The notes: a model not told the origin generated them from the letters alone. Shown: positions 10,426 through 20,564, counted from the first letter of the stretch. The stretch is 64,000 bases of DNA from Thermoplasmata archaeon (GCA_049675585.1 JBAUAJ010000035.1:4198-68197), one strand, 5' to 3'. A program made the numbers and translations.

Positions 10426-10746
10426 ATGACCGAGAGCAAACCCCCGGCCACGTTCATCAGCGACCTTCGACCGTCCCGGACCGCCTCGGTCGAGGCGACG
10501 GTCGTGGGCCTCGAGCCGATCCGCGAGATCGAGACTCGGGACGGGGGCTTGAAGAAGGTCCGCAACGGTCGCCTGAAGGACGCGACCGGCGAGATCTCGC
10601 TCGTCCTCTGGGGTTCGGAGGTCGAGCTCGTGGCCGATGGCGACCGGGTCGCGATCACCGATGGGTGGGTCTCCGACTATCGTGGAAAGCCCCAGGTGTC
10701 GCTCGGCCGAACCGGCAAGCTCGAGAAGCGTCCGAATCCTTCCTGA
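10426..10746 (+). CDS. Small OB-fold nucleic-acid-binding protein (SSB/RPA-like single OB domain)
   Basis: 106 aa. The pattern VEATVVGLEPIREIETRDGGLKKVRNGRLKDATGEISLVLWGSEVELVADGDRVAITDGWVSDYRGKPQVSLG is typical of OB-fold anticodon/ssDNA-binding domains. Confidence 0.6.
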   Translation: MTESKPPATFISDLRPSRTASVEATVVGLEPIREIETRDGGLKKVRNGRLKDATGEISLVLWGSEVELVADGDRVAITDGWVSDYRGKPQVSLGRTGKLEKRPNPS

Positions 10747-10808
10747 TCGGGTGCCCCCGTTTCATCCACTGACCGGGCGCCCCTTCGCTCGGAGACCGAT
10801 CTCGCCGC

Positions 10809-11111
10809 GTGGCACAGTTCATCGTGCGGGCCTATCGAACGCCCCGGGGCTATCGGGTCGTCGTCGACGGAATGACCCATTTCGACGTCGAGCGGGAGGA
10901 GGAGATCGACCCGAAGGCCCGGGAGGCGATCCTCGAACGACTTCGGGCGTTCCTGCCCCCTCGCGCGCCCCCTCCGTTCGATCCGGATGCGCTTTCCACG
11001 CTTCTCTTCTCGATCGCCCTCGAGCCGGCGGGGTCGGGGGGAACGGCCGCGCCCTCACGGCCGTTTCATCGACTGAAAACGGGTGTGGCCACGAGAGGCC
11101 GTGACGGATAA
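10809..11111 (+). CDS. Hypothetical protein
   Basis: GTG start, 100 aa, high GC3. No recognisable motif. Confidence 0.4.
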   Translation: MAQFIVRAYRTPRGYRVVVDGMTHFDVEREEEIDPKAREAILERLRAFLPPRAPPPFDPDALSTLLFSIALEPAGSGGTAAPSRPFHRLKTGVATRGRDG

Positions 11112-11146
11112 CTCATAAACCCCCCCGGGGTGCCGAGCGACGCCGG

Positions 11147-13288
11147 GTGAGTAGCGTGAGGGCTCTGAATTCAGTCGCGAAGGGAGGCTCCCGAGTACGA
11201 CGGAACGGTGCGGCCCGAGGAGTGCTCTGGGTCGCCCTCCTGGTGCTCGCGCTCTCGTTGACCGCCCTCCTGCCGGCCACCCAGGCGGCCCCGCTGAGCA
11301 CTCCGAGGACGCTCACTTCCGCGCCGGTCTCCGAACTCTCCACTCCCATGGCCGTTCGGGCGCCTTCCGCGGTAGCGGAGATGCCCCTCATCCCGGCGTC
11401 GGACCCCGCGCTCCCCCAGGTGCTCGCCTCCGTGAACGTCGGATCCGGTCCGACGCTCGCGGTCTATGACCCTGCGACGCAGGAGGTCTACGTGGTCAAC
11501 GCTATCTCGAACACCGTCAGCGTGCTGAACGGGACCGCCGTCGTGGCGACGGTTCCGTTGGGCACCACGAACCTCACCGTCGGCGACCCGGTCGCGGCGG
11601 TCTACGATCCGAGCAGTGGCTACGTGTACGTGGTGGACCGGTACCTGTTCGAAGAGAGCGGTGGGGCGGTCAGCGTGATTCACGGGACGACGCTCCTTCT
11701 GGTCATCCCGATCGGCCTCGAACCCTCGGGCGCCGCGTATGATGCGTCGAACGGCTTTCTCTACGTTACGGAGAGCACCACCGGCCATGTCGCGGTGATC
11801 GACGGCACGGGGACGATCGCGAACCTCGCCGTCGGAACCGACCCGGGCGCCGTGATCTTCGACCCGGCGGACGGGATGGACTATGTGGCGAACCGGGCTT
11901 CGGCGAACCTGAGTGTGCTTTCGGGGGTATCGGTCGTCGGGACGGTCGGCGTGGGGACTCAACCGGCCGCCTTCGCCTTCGATCCGTTGTCCGGGGCGGT
12001 CTACGTTGCCAACAATCAATCCGGGAACGTCACCCTGGTGGTCGGTCTCTCCGCGGTCGGAGATGTCACGACGGGTACCAATCCGTCGTTTGCCCTGTTC
12101 GAACCATCCAACGGCTACGTCTACGTCTCGAACCGGAATTCGAGCGACGTGAGCCTGATCGACGGCACGAGCGTCGTCACTTCGGTCCCGACGGCCGCCG
12201 GGCCGGCGGGGTCGGCGTTCAACGCCGCCACGGGCCTCGTCTACATCGTAGACACGGTCTCGAACGAGGTCACGGTGCTGGACGGGACGGTCTCCCTCGG
12301 CAACATCAGCGTGGGGAACGGCCCATCGTCGGCGACGTGGAACTCGGCGAACGCCGACGTCTACGTGACGAATTCGAACTCGCACAACGTGAGCGTCATC
12401 GCGGCAGCGTACTATGTGACGTTCAACGAATCCGGCCTGCCCCCGGCCAGCCCATGGTCGGTGGACCTCGGTTCGAAGACCAGCTCCACCACGGGGCCGT
12501 CGATCCGGTTTGCGAATCTTCCGGGGACCTACGTCTACACGATCGTGGCCCCGCCCGGTTACCACGTCGTCTCCGCGACCCCGGCCTCTCCCCTGACGGT
12601 CTTCGATGTACCCGTCGTCGTGTCGGTGGTTTTCGCGCCGACGAAATCTTCGGCGACGTACGATCTCACCTTCGTCGAGACCGGCTTGGGCTCGCGCTGC
12701 AGTCGGTCTTCGTTCGAGTGGAGCGTCACTGTCGGCAACTCCACCCAGAGCTCGACCAACAGCACGATCGTGTTCGTCGAGCCGAACGGGACGTACAACT
12801 ACTCCGTCTCCGGGCCGAGCGGTTACTCGGTCGTCTCCGCGACCCCCGCTTCCCCAGTGACGATCGCCGGTGCACCCGTGACGGTCAACGTCACGTTCAG
12901 CCGGTGCGGTGAGGGTGGGAGTTCGACGTTCACCCTCACGTTCGAAGAGCGCGGGCTGCCCGGCGGCACGACCTGGTGCGTGAACATGAGCGGTTCCCAC
13001 TGCGCGAGCTCGGATCAGATCTCGATCTCGGGACTTTCGAGCGGAACGTACTCGTTCGCGGTCGTCCCGGTGAACGGATACACCGCCCGCCCGTCCTCGG
13101 GGTCGGTGACGATCTACGACCGAAGCATTACCGTCGAGATCCGTTTCGACTCGTCCGGCTCCTCCCACCACTGCGGTGGGGGCGGCGGTGGCAGTGGGGG
13201 CGGCGGTGGCGGTGGGGGCGGCTGGGGCGGCGGAGGCGGCGGCTGGTCCTCTGCCCAATACGATCGAGCGGCCCTCGCTCGGGATTGA
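11147..13288 (+). CDS. Secreted YVTN-type beta-propeller repeat protein with three FxESGLP-type modules and a Gly-rich tail
   Basis: Signal-like LWVALLVLALSLTALLPATQA. About 40-aa repeats with YDPxxGxVYVxNxxSNxVSVI. Modules YYVTFNESGLPPASPWSVDL, LTFVETGLGS and LTFEERGLPGGTTWCVNM. Tail HHCGGGGGGSGGGGGGGGGWGGGGGGW. Confidence 0.75.
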   Translation: MSSVRALNSVAKGGSRVRRNGAARGVLWVALLVLALSLTALLPATQAAPLSTPRTLTSAPVSELSTPMAVRAPSAVAEMPLIPASDPALPQVLASVNVGSGPTLAVYDPATQEVYVVNAISNTVSVLNGTAVVATVPLGTTNLTVGDPVAAVYDPSSGYVYVVDRYLFEESGGAVSVIHGTTLLLVIPIGLEPSGAAYDASNGFLYVTESTTGHVAVIDGTGTIANLAVGTDPGAVIFDPADGMDYVANRASANLSVLSGVSVVGTVGVGTQPAAFAFDPLSGAVYVANNQSGNVTLVVGLSAVGDVTTGTNPSFALFEPSNGYVYVSNRNSSDVSLIDGTSVVTSVPTAAGPAGSAFNAATGLVYIVDTVSNEVTVLDGTVSLGNISVGNGPSSATWNSANADVYVTNSNSHNVSVIAAAYYVTFNESGLPPASPWSVDLGSKTSSTTGPSIRFANLPGTYVYTIVAPPGYHVVSATPASPLTVFDVPVVVSVVFAPTKSSATYDLTFVETGLGSRCSRSSFEWSVTVGNSTQSSTNSTIVFVEPNGTYNYSVSGPSGYSVVSATPASPVTIAGAPVTVNVTFSRCGEGGSSTFTLTFEERGLPGGTTWCVNMSGSHCASSDQISISGLSSGTYSFAVVPVNGYTARPSSGSVTIYDRSITVEIRFDSSGSSHHCGGGGGGSGGGGGGGGGWGGGGGGWSSAQYDRAALARD
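13175..13246 (+). repeat. (GGN)n simple-sequence tract encoding a poly-Gly tail
   Basis: ggtgggggcggcggtggcagtgggggcggcggtggcggtgggggcggctggggcggcggaggcggcggctgg. The antisense frame reads as poly-Pro. Confidence 0.8.
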
Positions 13289-13374
13289 TCTAGGAGAGAC
13301 CTAGTCGAAGGGTCCGCGCCCGCGGCGGAGCGCCCCCACCACGTATTTCTGCCCGCCGGCCTCGAGCTCACGGC

Positions 13375-15777
13375 ATGGACGGGCTTCGCTACGGCCTCGC
13401 GATCGACGTCCGAGCCGATTCTCTTGAATTCCAGGGACGGCTCACGATCTCGGCGCGAGCGCTACCGGCTCGTCTCGAACTCGATTCGGTAGGTCTCGCG
13501 GTCCAGAGCGTGACCCGCGGCCAACTTCCGATCGCCTTCCAGGTCGAGTCGGAGAAGGGTCGACTGATCCTCCCCGAGATCCCCGCCGGCGCGGCGGATG
13601 TTGTGATCGAGTACTCGGGCAAGATCGACGACGCCGGCGTGAGAGGATTCCACGTTTCCCCGATGGGAACCGGCCGGTTGTATACGACCTATTTCGAACC
13701 GAACGGGGCGCGCCGACTGCTCCCGTGTCTCGACCGACCGGACGCGAAGGCGGTCTTCGCGGTCGAGTTGACCGTCCCCCCGGTGGCCGTCGCGATCTCC
13801 AACATGCCGGTCGACACCTCCGAGTCGCTCCCCGACGGTCGACGTCGGGTGCGGTTCGCCCCGACCCCACCCATGTCGACCTACCTGTTGTACGTCGGCA
13901 TCGGGCCGGTCGAGGAGCTCGCCGGGAACGGCAGCCACCCTCGGGTCATCGTGGGAACTCCGCCGGGCCGCTCGAGCGCGGGACGGTTTTCTCTCGACGT
14001 CGGAGAGCGGGCCATCGAGTACTTCAACGACTACTACGCCGAGCCGTACCCGCTCCCGAAACTGCATCTGCTCGCGATCCCCCAGTTCGGCTCCGGCGCG
14101 ATGGAGAACTGGGGCGCGATCGCCTTCCAGGAGTACCTCCTCTTGCATGACGACCGATCGACCGCTTCGGCGCGGATGCGCAGCGTCGAGGTCATCTGCC
14201 ACGAGATCGCCCACCAGTGGTTCGGCAATCTCGTCACGATGCGCTGGTGGAACGACCTGTGGCTGAACGAGAGCTTCGCCTCGTTCGTGGCGATCCAGGC
14301 CCAGGCGGCGCTGTTCCCCGACTGGGGCGCCTGGGACGACTTCCTCTCGGGAGAGTACGCCGGTTCGATGCTCTGGGACGCGCTCCCGCACACCCACCCG
14401 ATCCGGGTCGAAGTGCAGGATCCGAACCAGATCCGGCAGATCTTCGACGAGATCAGCTACGGCAAGGGCTCGAGCGTGCTCCGGATGGCCGAGGCGTACG
14501 TCGGCGAGCCGGCGTTCCGTCGGGGGGTCTCTCAGTATCTCGCCGACCACCGCTGGGGAAATGCGCAGTCCGAGGACCTGTGGAAAGCGGTCGCGGGCGC
14601 CTCGGAGCCGGCGGTGGAGCGCCTGTTCACCGAATGGGTCGGTCGGGGGGGGTTCCCGGTCGTTCGGGCCCGCCTCGACGGTCGTACGCTGACGCTCGAG
14701 CAGCGGCGTTTCTCCCTGCTCGAGCCGGTCCCCGACGCCCCCTGGCCCATCCCCCTGCAGATTCGGGACGGCTCCGCGGTGCACCGTCGCCTGTTCGACT
14801 CGGCCCACACCACCGTCGAAGTCGGGGGTCCCTGCCCCGTCATCAACCCCGGTCGGACCGGGTTTTATCGCGTCCAATACGAAGGCGTGCTGCGGGACCG
14901 GCTCCTCGCGACGTTCGCCGAGCTCCCCCCGGTCGACCGTTGGGGCCTGCTCAACGACGCCCGGGCGCTGTTCCTCGCCGGGGTGAACTCGCTCGACGAG
15001 TATCTCTCCCTACTCGGTCGCGTCGCGGAGGATACCGATCCGTTCGTCGTCGGAGAGGTGATCGACTCGTTCCGGACGCTGTTTCCCGTCGTGCACCGCG
15101 TACCCCGGTGGGAGGCGGCCCTGCGCGAGATCGTGACGGCCCAGTCGTCCCGCCTCGGCCTCGACGCTCAGGATGGCGAGCCGGATCGCGAGCGCGCCCT
15201 TCGCGAGCAGGTGCAGTTCGCGCGGGTGCGGCTCGACCCCGCCTTCGCCTCCCGGCTCGCCGAGATGTTCCCCCGGCGGGATGCGCTCAGCCCCGAGCTC
15301 GTTCGGCCGGTGATGCTCGCCTACGCGTTGACCGCAGGACCGGACGAGTACGCCGAGCTTCGACGGGGACTCGCGGCGGCGACGGACGTCGACCGGAAGC
15401 GGCAGTATGCGATGGCGCTCAGCGCCGTCGGCCGGGACGAATGGCTTCGCGAGGGACTGGACCTGCTGCTGTCGGGCCAGATGCTCTTCGGCCCCTGGAT
15501 CGAACTGTTCGCCACGTCCTTGTTCATGAACCCCGAGCGTTCGGGGGCCGTCTGGGCGTTCTTGAAAGAGCGGATCGACGATCTCCTTCGATTTACGGCG
15601 GGGACCGGAGTGCAGAGCATCTTCATGCAGTACGCGATCTCGACGGTCGGGCTCGGACGCACGTTCGAGATGCGCGACTGGGTCGCCCGTCGATCGTTTC
15701 CCGAGTCGGCGCGGGCCGTGGTCAAGGGATTCGACCTGCTCGAGGTCTACGATCGGCTGCTCGCGCGCGTCGGCTGA
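13375..15777 (+). CDS. M1-family zinc aminopeptidase (tricorn-interacting factor F2/F3-like)
   Basis: GAMEN motif (GSGAMENWGA) and HEIAHQWFGNLVTMRWWNDLWLNESFA (HExxH-x18-E). 800 aa. Confidence 0.9.
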   Translation: MDGLRYGLAIDVRADSLEFQGRLTISARALPARLELDSVGLAVQSVTRGQLPIAFQVESEKGRLILPEIPAGAADVVIEYSGKIDDAGVRGFHVSPMGTGRLYTTYFEPNGARRLLPCLDRPDAKAVFAVELTVPPVAVAISNMPVDTSESLPDGRRRVRFAPTPPMSTYLLYVGIGPVEELAGNGSHPRVIVGTPPGRSSAGRFSLDVGERAIEYFNDYYAEPYPLPKLHLLAIPQFGSGAMENWGAIAFQEYLLLHDDRSTASARMRSVEVICHEIAHQWFGNLVTMRWWNDLWLNESFASFVAIQAQAALFPDWGAWDDFLSGEYAGSMLWDALPHTHPIRVEVQDPNQIRQIFDEISYGKGSSVLRMAEAYVGEPAFRRGVSQYLADHRWGNAQSEDLWKAVAGASEPAVERLFTEWVGRGGFPVVRARLDGRTLTLEQRRFSLLEPVPDAPWPIPLQIRDGSAVHRRLFDSAHTTVEVGGPCPVINPGRTGFYRVQYEGVLRDRLLATFAELPPVDRWGLLNDARALFLAGVNSLDEYLSLLGRVAEDTDPFVVGEVIDSFRTLFPVVHRVPRWEAALREIVTAQSSRLGLDAQDGEPDRERALREQVQFARVRLDPAFASRLAEMFPRRDALSPELVRPVMLAYALTAGPDEYAELRRGLAAATDVDRKRQYAMALSAVGRDEWLREGLDLLLSGQMLFGPWIELFATSLFMNPERSGAVWAFLKERIDDLLRFTAGTGVQSIFMQYAISTVGLGRTFEMRDWVARRSFPESARAVVKGFDLLEVYDRLLARVG

Positions 15778-15802
15778 CCGGGGCCCCGCCGGGCGCCACC
15801 AC

Positions 15803-18670
15803 CTACGGAGCGGCCGGCGGACCGGGAGAATCCGACCCCTGCTCCGAGGGCGCGTGCGAAGCCGGGGGCGGGGGGGTCTTCGGGTGACGCCGCATCCAGT
15901 AGGCCGCCACCGCGAGGAGAGCGACCACCGCGATCACCACGAGGACGATCCAATCCCAGATCGACTGGTTCGGCGGAGAGGACGACGGGCCTCCGCCGCC
16001 TCCCCCGCCCGACTGGACCGTAAAACTCGCATTCGCCTGACGGACCTGGCCCTGCGAATCCGTCACGTTCACGTCGACGTGGAATGTGCCGTCCCGGGTC
16101 GGGGTGCACACCACCAAGGCGGCATTCACGCTCGTGCACGGCGACGGCAGGCTGTAGGCGTACTCGTACGGAGACGTTCCCCCCGTGAGCGAGGTCGTCA
16201 GCGTGACGGGATCGCCCAGCCGGATCGAGCTTGCGTTCGGTGCGAGGCTCGCTCCGAACTTCGCCAAGAAATAGATCGCCTCCGGGACGGGGGCACCGTT
16301 TACGATCGCCGTCCCGCTGGGAGTGGTCGTCCGATACCCCGCCACCGCGCCGACGGTGAACGGGTAGCTGCCGTTCAGCTCTGTGAACCCGACCTGGGTC
16401 GTGACGGAGCTGTTCGTGGACGGCCCGCCGGTGAGCGTGACCGACCAGTCGGTGCTCGGAGCGAGACCCGTCTCGGTGAACGTGATGGGGTACGTGCTCG
16501 GCGGCGCCGTCGCCGGGCCGATCACGAGGAGCGCTCCGCCGTACGCCTCCGACACGAGAATGCGCTGGTCCACGGGATCGAAGGCGATTCCGCCCACATC
16601 GAGGTTGCCGAGCATCACGGCGGCCCCCAAGCTCGCGTAGGTCGTCGCGTTGAAGGCGGATACCTCCGAAAAGTACTCCCCCACGGCGTAGATGGCGTTC
16701 TTTGACGAGTCGTACGCGAGCACGGAAGTCCCCCCCGAGGGGATGGTCTTCATCACCTGATTCGTGCCGTCGTCGATGACACTGATATTCCCGGAGGCCG
16801 TGTTCACGACGAAGACCGTGTGATTCGACGGATCGTACGTCAGCGACGCCGGTTCCGATCCCACGTGGATGGCATGGCCCACCGTGGTGTTCGTGGCGGG
16901 GTCGATCACCGCGATCGTACCGTTCCCCCAGTTGGCGGCGTACACCTCATTGGAGTGCGGGTCGTAGAGAACTCCCCCGAGGATCTCGTCGGCGCCGATG
17001 AGGATCGACGTGCGGGTCGCCGGATGCGCGGGATCGATCGCCGTGACGTTGCCGTAGATCCCAGAGGACACGTACACGACGCCGTTCGCGCTATCGACGG
17101 TCGCACCGGAGAGGATGATCCCCGATGCGAAAGATCCCGAGATCGTTCCGGCGGGACCGATAGTACTCAGGTTCGAACCGGCCCGGTTGACCACGTAGAG
17201 ATTACCGCTCCGGGGATCGTAGGCGCTCGCGATCGGCTCGTCCCCGACTCGATCGTGCCCCGAAACGGCCAGAGTCGCTTCGTCGACCGCGTACGTCGCG
17301 TTACCGTACTCGTCGGCGACCACGACCGCCCCCACGCTCGGATCGGCTGTCATCCCCCAGGGGTTGGCACTGAGCGGAATGTTCGCGAGCACGTCGTGCG
17401 TCGACGGGTCGATCACTGTCACGTTCGCATCGACGGAGGAGGAACCCGAATCGACGGAGAACGCATCCCCGTTCGCGGAGTCCACCACGACCGCGACCGG
17501 GAAGTCGGGGATGGTGAGGTTCTTGACGTACGCGCGAGGGGACGCGGTGAGGATCATTACTTTCCCGACCTCGTTGCACGCGACGAAGACCGCGTGGTCG
17601 GTCGCGTCGTAGGCCGACCACTGGGGCGACCCGAGCAGGGTCAGCGACCCCCCCGCGCCGTACGGACTCTGATCGATCACCGTGGCGTTGTCCGAGAAGA
17701 TGCTCACGGCGACCAACTGGTCGCCCAACGAGCTGTAGGAGAGATCGACCGGCGCACCCGTTCCGAGGGGATACGTCCAGAGTAACCCGCCGGTCGCGGC
17801 GGAAAATATCGAAACGCTGTGACCGCCGTAATTCGCGACGTCCAGGTAGTCGTCCGATGAGTCCCACGCCATCGAGAGCGGCTCCGTTCCGGTCGGGAGG
17901 TTTTGGACGACCTTGTCGGTGACGGCGTTGATGACCGTCACGTTCGCCGTTCCATAGTTCGCGACGAACACGTAGTGGTCGGTGGGGTCGTAGACGATCC
18001 CGTTCGGCTGCTTGCCGACCGGGATATTCGTGATCACCGAGGCGGTCTTGCCGGAGAGCACGGTCACGTTCGCAAACTCCGAATCGGTCACGAACAGATC
18101 ACCGGTGGCGGTATCCGCCGCGATCCCCGTCGGCTCGCCGAGGACGGGTATCGAGCCGATCATCGCATCGGTCGTTCCGTTGATCACCGATACGGTTCCT
18201 GGATTGCTGTTCGTGACGAACACGTGGTCGTTGATCGGATCCACCGCGATGCTCGGGATCTGAGAGTATCCGAACTCGGAAACGCCGACCGTCAATTCGG
18301 CCATCAGCCGATCGGTGGTGCCGTTCACGACAGAGAGGGTCGCTCCCGAGGAGCCTCGGACCCAGATATTACCGGAGACCGGATCGAGGACTCCCGACGC
18401 AGGGGAGGTCTGAACGGCCGGCAGGGTCGACCCGGGGACGAGCTGGTCCGTGAGGAGATTGTCGACGTCCACGATCGCTCCGACACCGTCCAGTGCGGGG
18501 ACGGCCCTCCCCGCGACGTTCGGGGTCCCGCTCGTCCGATCTGCATTTTCGACCGCGGAGCCCGCGTGGCCGGCCCCCGTCATCCCATTCGCCCCATTCG
18601 GGAGCAGGAGCGTCACCGTGATCGCGACGAGCAGCGCGAGGTAGGTCCGTGATCGGCGATGGGGGATCAT
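15803..18670 (-). CDS. Membrane-anchored YVTN beta-propeller repeat surface protein
   Basis: Probable start at MIPHRRSRTYLALLVAITVTLLLP (18670; alternative 18697). The listed start 18916 would overlap msrB. Many YVTN-like repeats, one module TYPITFTETGLAPSTDWSVTL, a GGGGGG linker, the C-terminal TM WDWIVLVVIAVVALLAVAAYW and a Pro-rich tail. Confidence 0.75.
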   Translation of the reverse strand: MIPHRRSRTYLALLVAITVTLLLPNGANGMTGAGHAGSAVENADRTSGTPNVAGRAVPALDGVGAIVDVDNLLTDQLVPGSTLPAVQTSPASGVLDPVSGNIWVRGSSGATLSVVNGTTDRLMAELTVGVSEFGYSQIPSIAVDPINDHVFVTNSNPGTVSVINGTTDAMIGSIPVLGEPTGIAADTATGDLFVTDSEFANVTVLSGKTASVITNIPVGKQPNGIVYDPTDHYVFVANYGTANVTVINAVTDKVVQNLPTGTEPLSMAWDSSDDYLDVANYGGHSVSIFSAATGGLLWTYPLGTGAPVDLSYSSLGDQLVAVSIFSDNATVIDQSPYGAGGSLTLLGSPQWSAYDATDHAVFVACNEVGKVMILTASPRAYVKNLTIPDFPVAVVVDSANGDAFSVDSGSSSVDANVTVIDPSTHDVLANIPLSANPWGMTADPSVGAVVVADEYGNATYAVDEATLAVSGHDRVGDEPIASAYDPRSGNLYVVNRAGSNLSTIGPAGTISGSFASGIILSGATVDSANGVVYVSSGIYGNVTAIDPAHPATRTSILIGADEILGGVLYDPHSNEVYAANWGNGTIAVIDPATNTTVGHAIHVGSEPASLTYDPSNHTVFVVNTASGNISVIDDGTNQVMKTIPSGGTSVLAYDSSKNAIYAVGEYFSEVSAFNATTYASLGAAVMLGNLDVGGIAFDPVDQRILVSEAYGGALLVIGPATAPPSTYPITFTETGLAPSTDWSVTLTGGPSTNSSVTTQVGFTELNGSYPFTVGAVAGYRTTTPSGTAIVNGAPVPEAIYFLAKFGASLAPNASSIRLGDPVTLTTSLTGGTSPYEYAYSLPSPCTSVNAALVVCTPTRDGTFHVDVNVTDSQGQVRQANASFTVQSGGGGGGGPSSSPPNQSIWDWIVLVVIAVVALLAVAAYWMRRHPKTPPPPASHAPSEQGSDSPGPPAAP

Positions 18671-18794
18671 CCCGCGAACGCCGTGCCGCTTTCCCATCAC
18701 GCGGGAGGGGGAATCACGGCGGAATATAACCGAACGACCGTCACGGGCGGGAGTCGGAGCGTGCGCCAAATACTCCCGGACGTTCGTAGGGTGA

Positions 18795-19217
18795 ATGTCG
18801 GAGAGCCCCCCCGGAAGTTTCCGCAAACTCACGCGCGCGGAGGAACGAGTGATCGTGCACAAAGGGACCGAAGCGCCGTTCACGGGGGAGTACGACCATC
18901 TGTCCTCCGCGGGCACCTACGTCTGCAAGCGGTGCGGCGCCCCGCTCTACGAATCGAACGCAAAGTTCGACTCGGGGTGCGGATGGCCCGCTTTCGATCG
19001 GGAGATCCCCGAGGCGGTCGCACATCTCCCGGACGCGGACGGATCCCGGACGGAGATCCAGTGTCGACGGTGCGGTGCCCACTTGGGTCACGTCTTCGTC
19101 GGAGAGCGCTTCACCGAAAGCAACGTTCGGCATTGCGTCAATTCGATCTCCCTCCTTTTCATCCCGCGGAGCGCCGCGGGTTCCGCTGCGGACGGGCATC
19201 CCCCCGGGGACCGATGA
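18795..19217 (+). CDS. msrB: Peptide-methionine (R)-S-oxide reductase
   Basis: [25 protein letters not shown] and [20 protein letters not shown] are classic MsrB/SelR motifs. Confidence 0.9.
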   Translation: MSESPPGSFRKLTRAEERVIVHKGTEAPFTGEYDHLSSAGTYVCKRCGAPLYESNAKFDSGCGWPAFDREIPEAVAHLPDADGSRTEIQCRRCGAHLGHVFVGERFTESNVRHCVNSISLLFIPRSAAGSAADGHPPGDR

Positions 19218-19717
19218 GCTCGGAGGCCGCGCCGTGCGGCCGCGTCGTCGGACTGTTCCGGAAGCCGGAGGTTCCGGGCGAACGAGGGCTGCCAAAAAGA
19301 CCGGAGACTACGATCCGAGTGGACCCGAACGGCGTCGAGGGGGACTTCAACCGGTGGCGCCAGGAGGAACGCCGCGGAGACCCGGACCTCGCCCTGCTCC
19401 TCCTGCCCCGAGAGACGATCGACGAGCTGAACGCCCAGGGGTGGCCGGTCCGACCGGGAGATTTCGGAGAGAATATCCTGACGGAAGGGGTCGACTACGC
19501 AGATCTCGGGCCGCCCCATATGTTCCGGATCGGAGGAGTTACGGCGGAGATCTCGAAAGCCTGCGACCCGTGCAACAATTTGTGCCTGCTACCGTACGTG
19601 GGATCGGTGAAAGGACCCGATTTCGTGCGCACCATGATCGGCCGGCGCGGGTGGTACGCCCGCGTCCTCGAACCCGGTGAAATCCGGGTCGGGGACCCCC
19701 TCCGGCGCCTCCGCTGA
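19214..19717 (+). CDS. MOSC domain protein
   Basis: ATG 19214 overlaps the msrB stop (ATGA). [17 protein letters not shown]...[11 protein letters not shown]...[20 protein letters not shown] is MOSC-like. The listed ORF 18659.. is an upstream extension in another gene's space. Confidence 0.75.
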   Translation: MSSEAAPCGRVVGLFRKPEVPGERGLPKRPETTIRVDPNGVEGDFNRWRQEERRGDPDLALLLLPRETIDELNAQGWPVRPGDFGENILTEGVDYADLGPPHMFRIGGVTAEISKACDPCNNLCLLPYVGSVKGPDFVRTMIGRRGWYARVLEPGEIRVGDPLRRLR

Positions 19718-19781
19718 GCTCCTCCAGGCCGTTGCCGGAGCCCCAGAGCGTTTAAGAGCTCCGGAAAGGGTCGAGCCGAAC

Positions 19782-20564
19782 ATGCCCAGTTCGCCGTGGT
19801 CCGAGACCGCCCCTTCCGCACCGGCCTGGCCCGCTCGCCCAAAGATGACCAGTGGCATCACCCTCCCCCCTCCCGACAGCCCCGGAGGATCCGCCTTTGC
19901 GATCGGTGCGCTGTTCGCCGTCGTGTATGCGATCCTGCTGGTAGCGGAGTATCACACGATGCTCGCGCAGGCCCGCTACATCGTCTCCACCGCACTGATC
20001 GTCGGCGCCGTGGGGACCTTCGCCCTCGGGGTCATGCTGGGGAGCGATATCGCCACCTACCAGCGCCTGGATCTCGATCTCGCGCGCACCGTGATCGCCC
20101 ACCTCAACGACAACAAGGCTCCGGAGCCCGATGCGCCCCTGGCCGGCGTCTGGCGAGCGTACATCACGGTCGCCGACGAGTCCCGCCGCGTCGCGCGGGT
20201 CCATGCCTACGCCTTCGGTCCGATCCTCTGGGGCACAGTGCTCTCCCTGGCCGCGGCTCTGACGATGGGTCTCGGGCAGATCGGTCAGACTCCGAACGTA
20301 GTCGGCCTCGCGCTGGTGATCGAGTTCCTCGGCTTCACTCTCCTCCTGATCGGAGCCGCCGCCCTGCTCCTGACGGTCGGTTACGCAGGGAGCGTCGATG
20401 GCTTCGATCGGCTCGCCGCCCACCGCTGGCGCCGCAATTCGGCGCGGCTCCCGGCGGTCGAAGAGGCGCTCTCGAGCGTCCCCTGGCTTCCCGAGTTCCA
20501 CCGGGGGGTCCGAGAATCACAGACCGATCCGACCGACTCGACGCTCCGCTGGATCACGCCGTAA
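19782..20564 (+). CDS. Hypothetical multi-pass membrane protein
   Basis: ATG 19782 lies about 27 nt downstream of TTTAAGAG (19751-19758). There are at least 4 hydrophobic segments. No family recognised. Confidence 0.5.
   Translation: MPSSPWSETAPSAPAWPARPKMTSGITLPPPDSPGGSAFAIGALFAVVYAILLVAEYHTMLAQARYIVSTALIVGAVGTFALGVMLGSDIATYQRLDLDLARTVIAHLNDNKAPEPDAPLAGVWRAYITVADESRRVARVHAYAFGPILWGTVLSLAAALTMGLGQIGQTPNVVGLALVIEFLGFTLLLIGAAALLLTVGYAGSVDGFDRLAAHRWRRNSARLPAVEEALSSVPWLPEFHRGVRESQTDPTDSTLRWITP

Noticed and set aside
11171-13258. 695-aa - strand ORF
   Set aside because: It is antisense to the YVTN propeller gene. The translation is dominated by R/G/D/V/P with no motifs, whereas the + frame has a signal peptide and regular repeats.
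13462-14877. 471-aa - strand ORF, and 14217..15887 + (556 aa)
   Set aside because: Both overlap the M1 aminopeptidase, whose GAMEN and HExxH-E motifs fix the true frame. The alternatives are Arg/Pro/Gly-rich.
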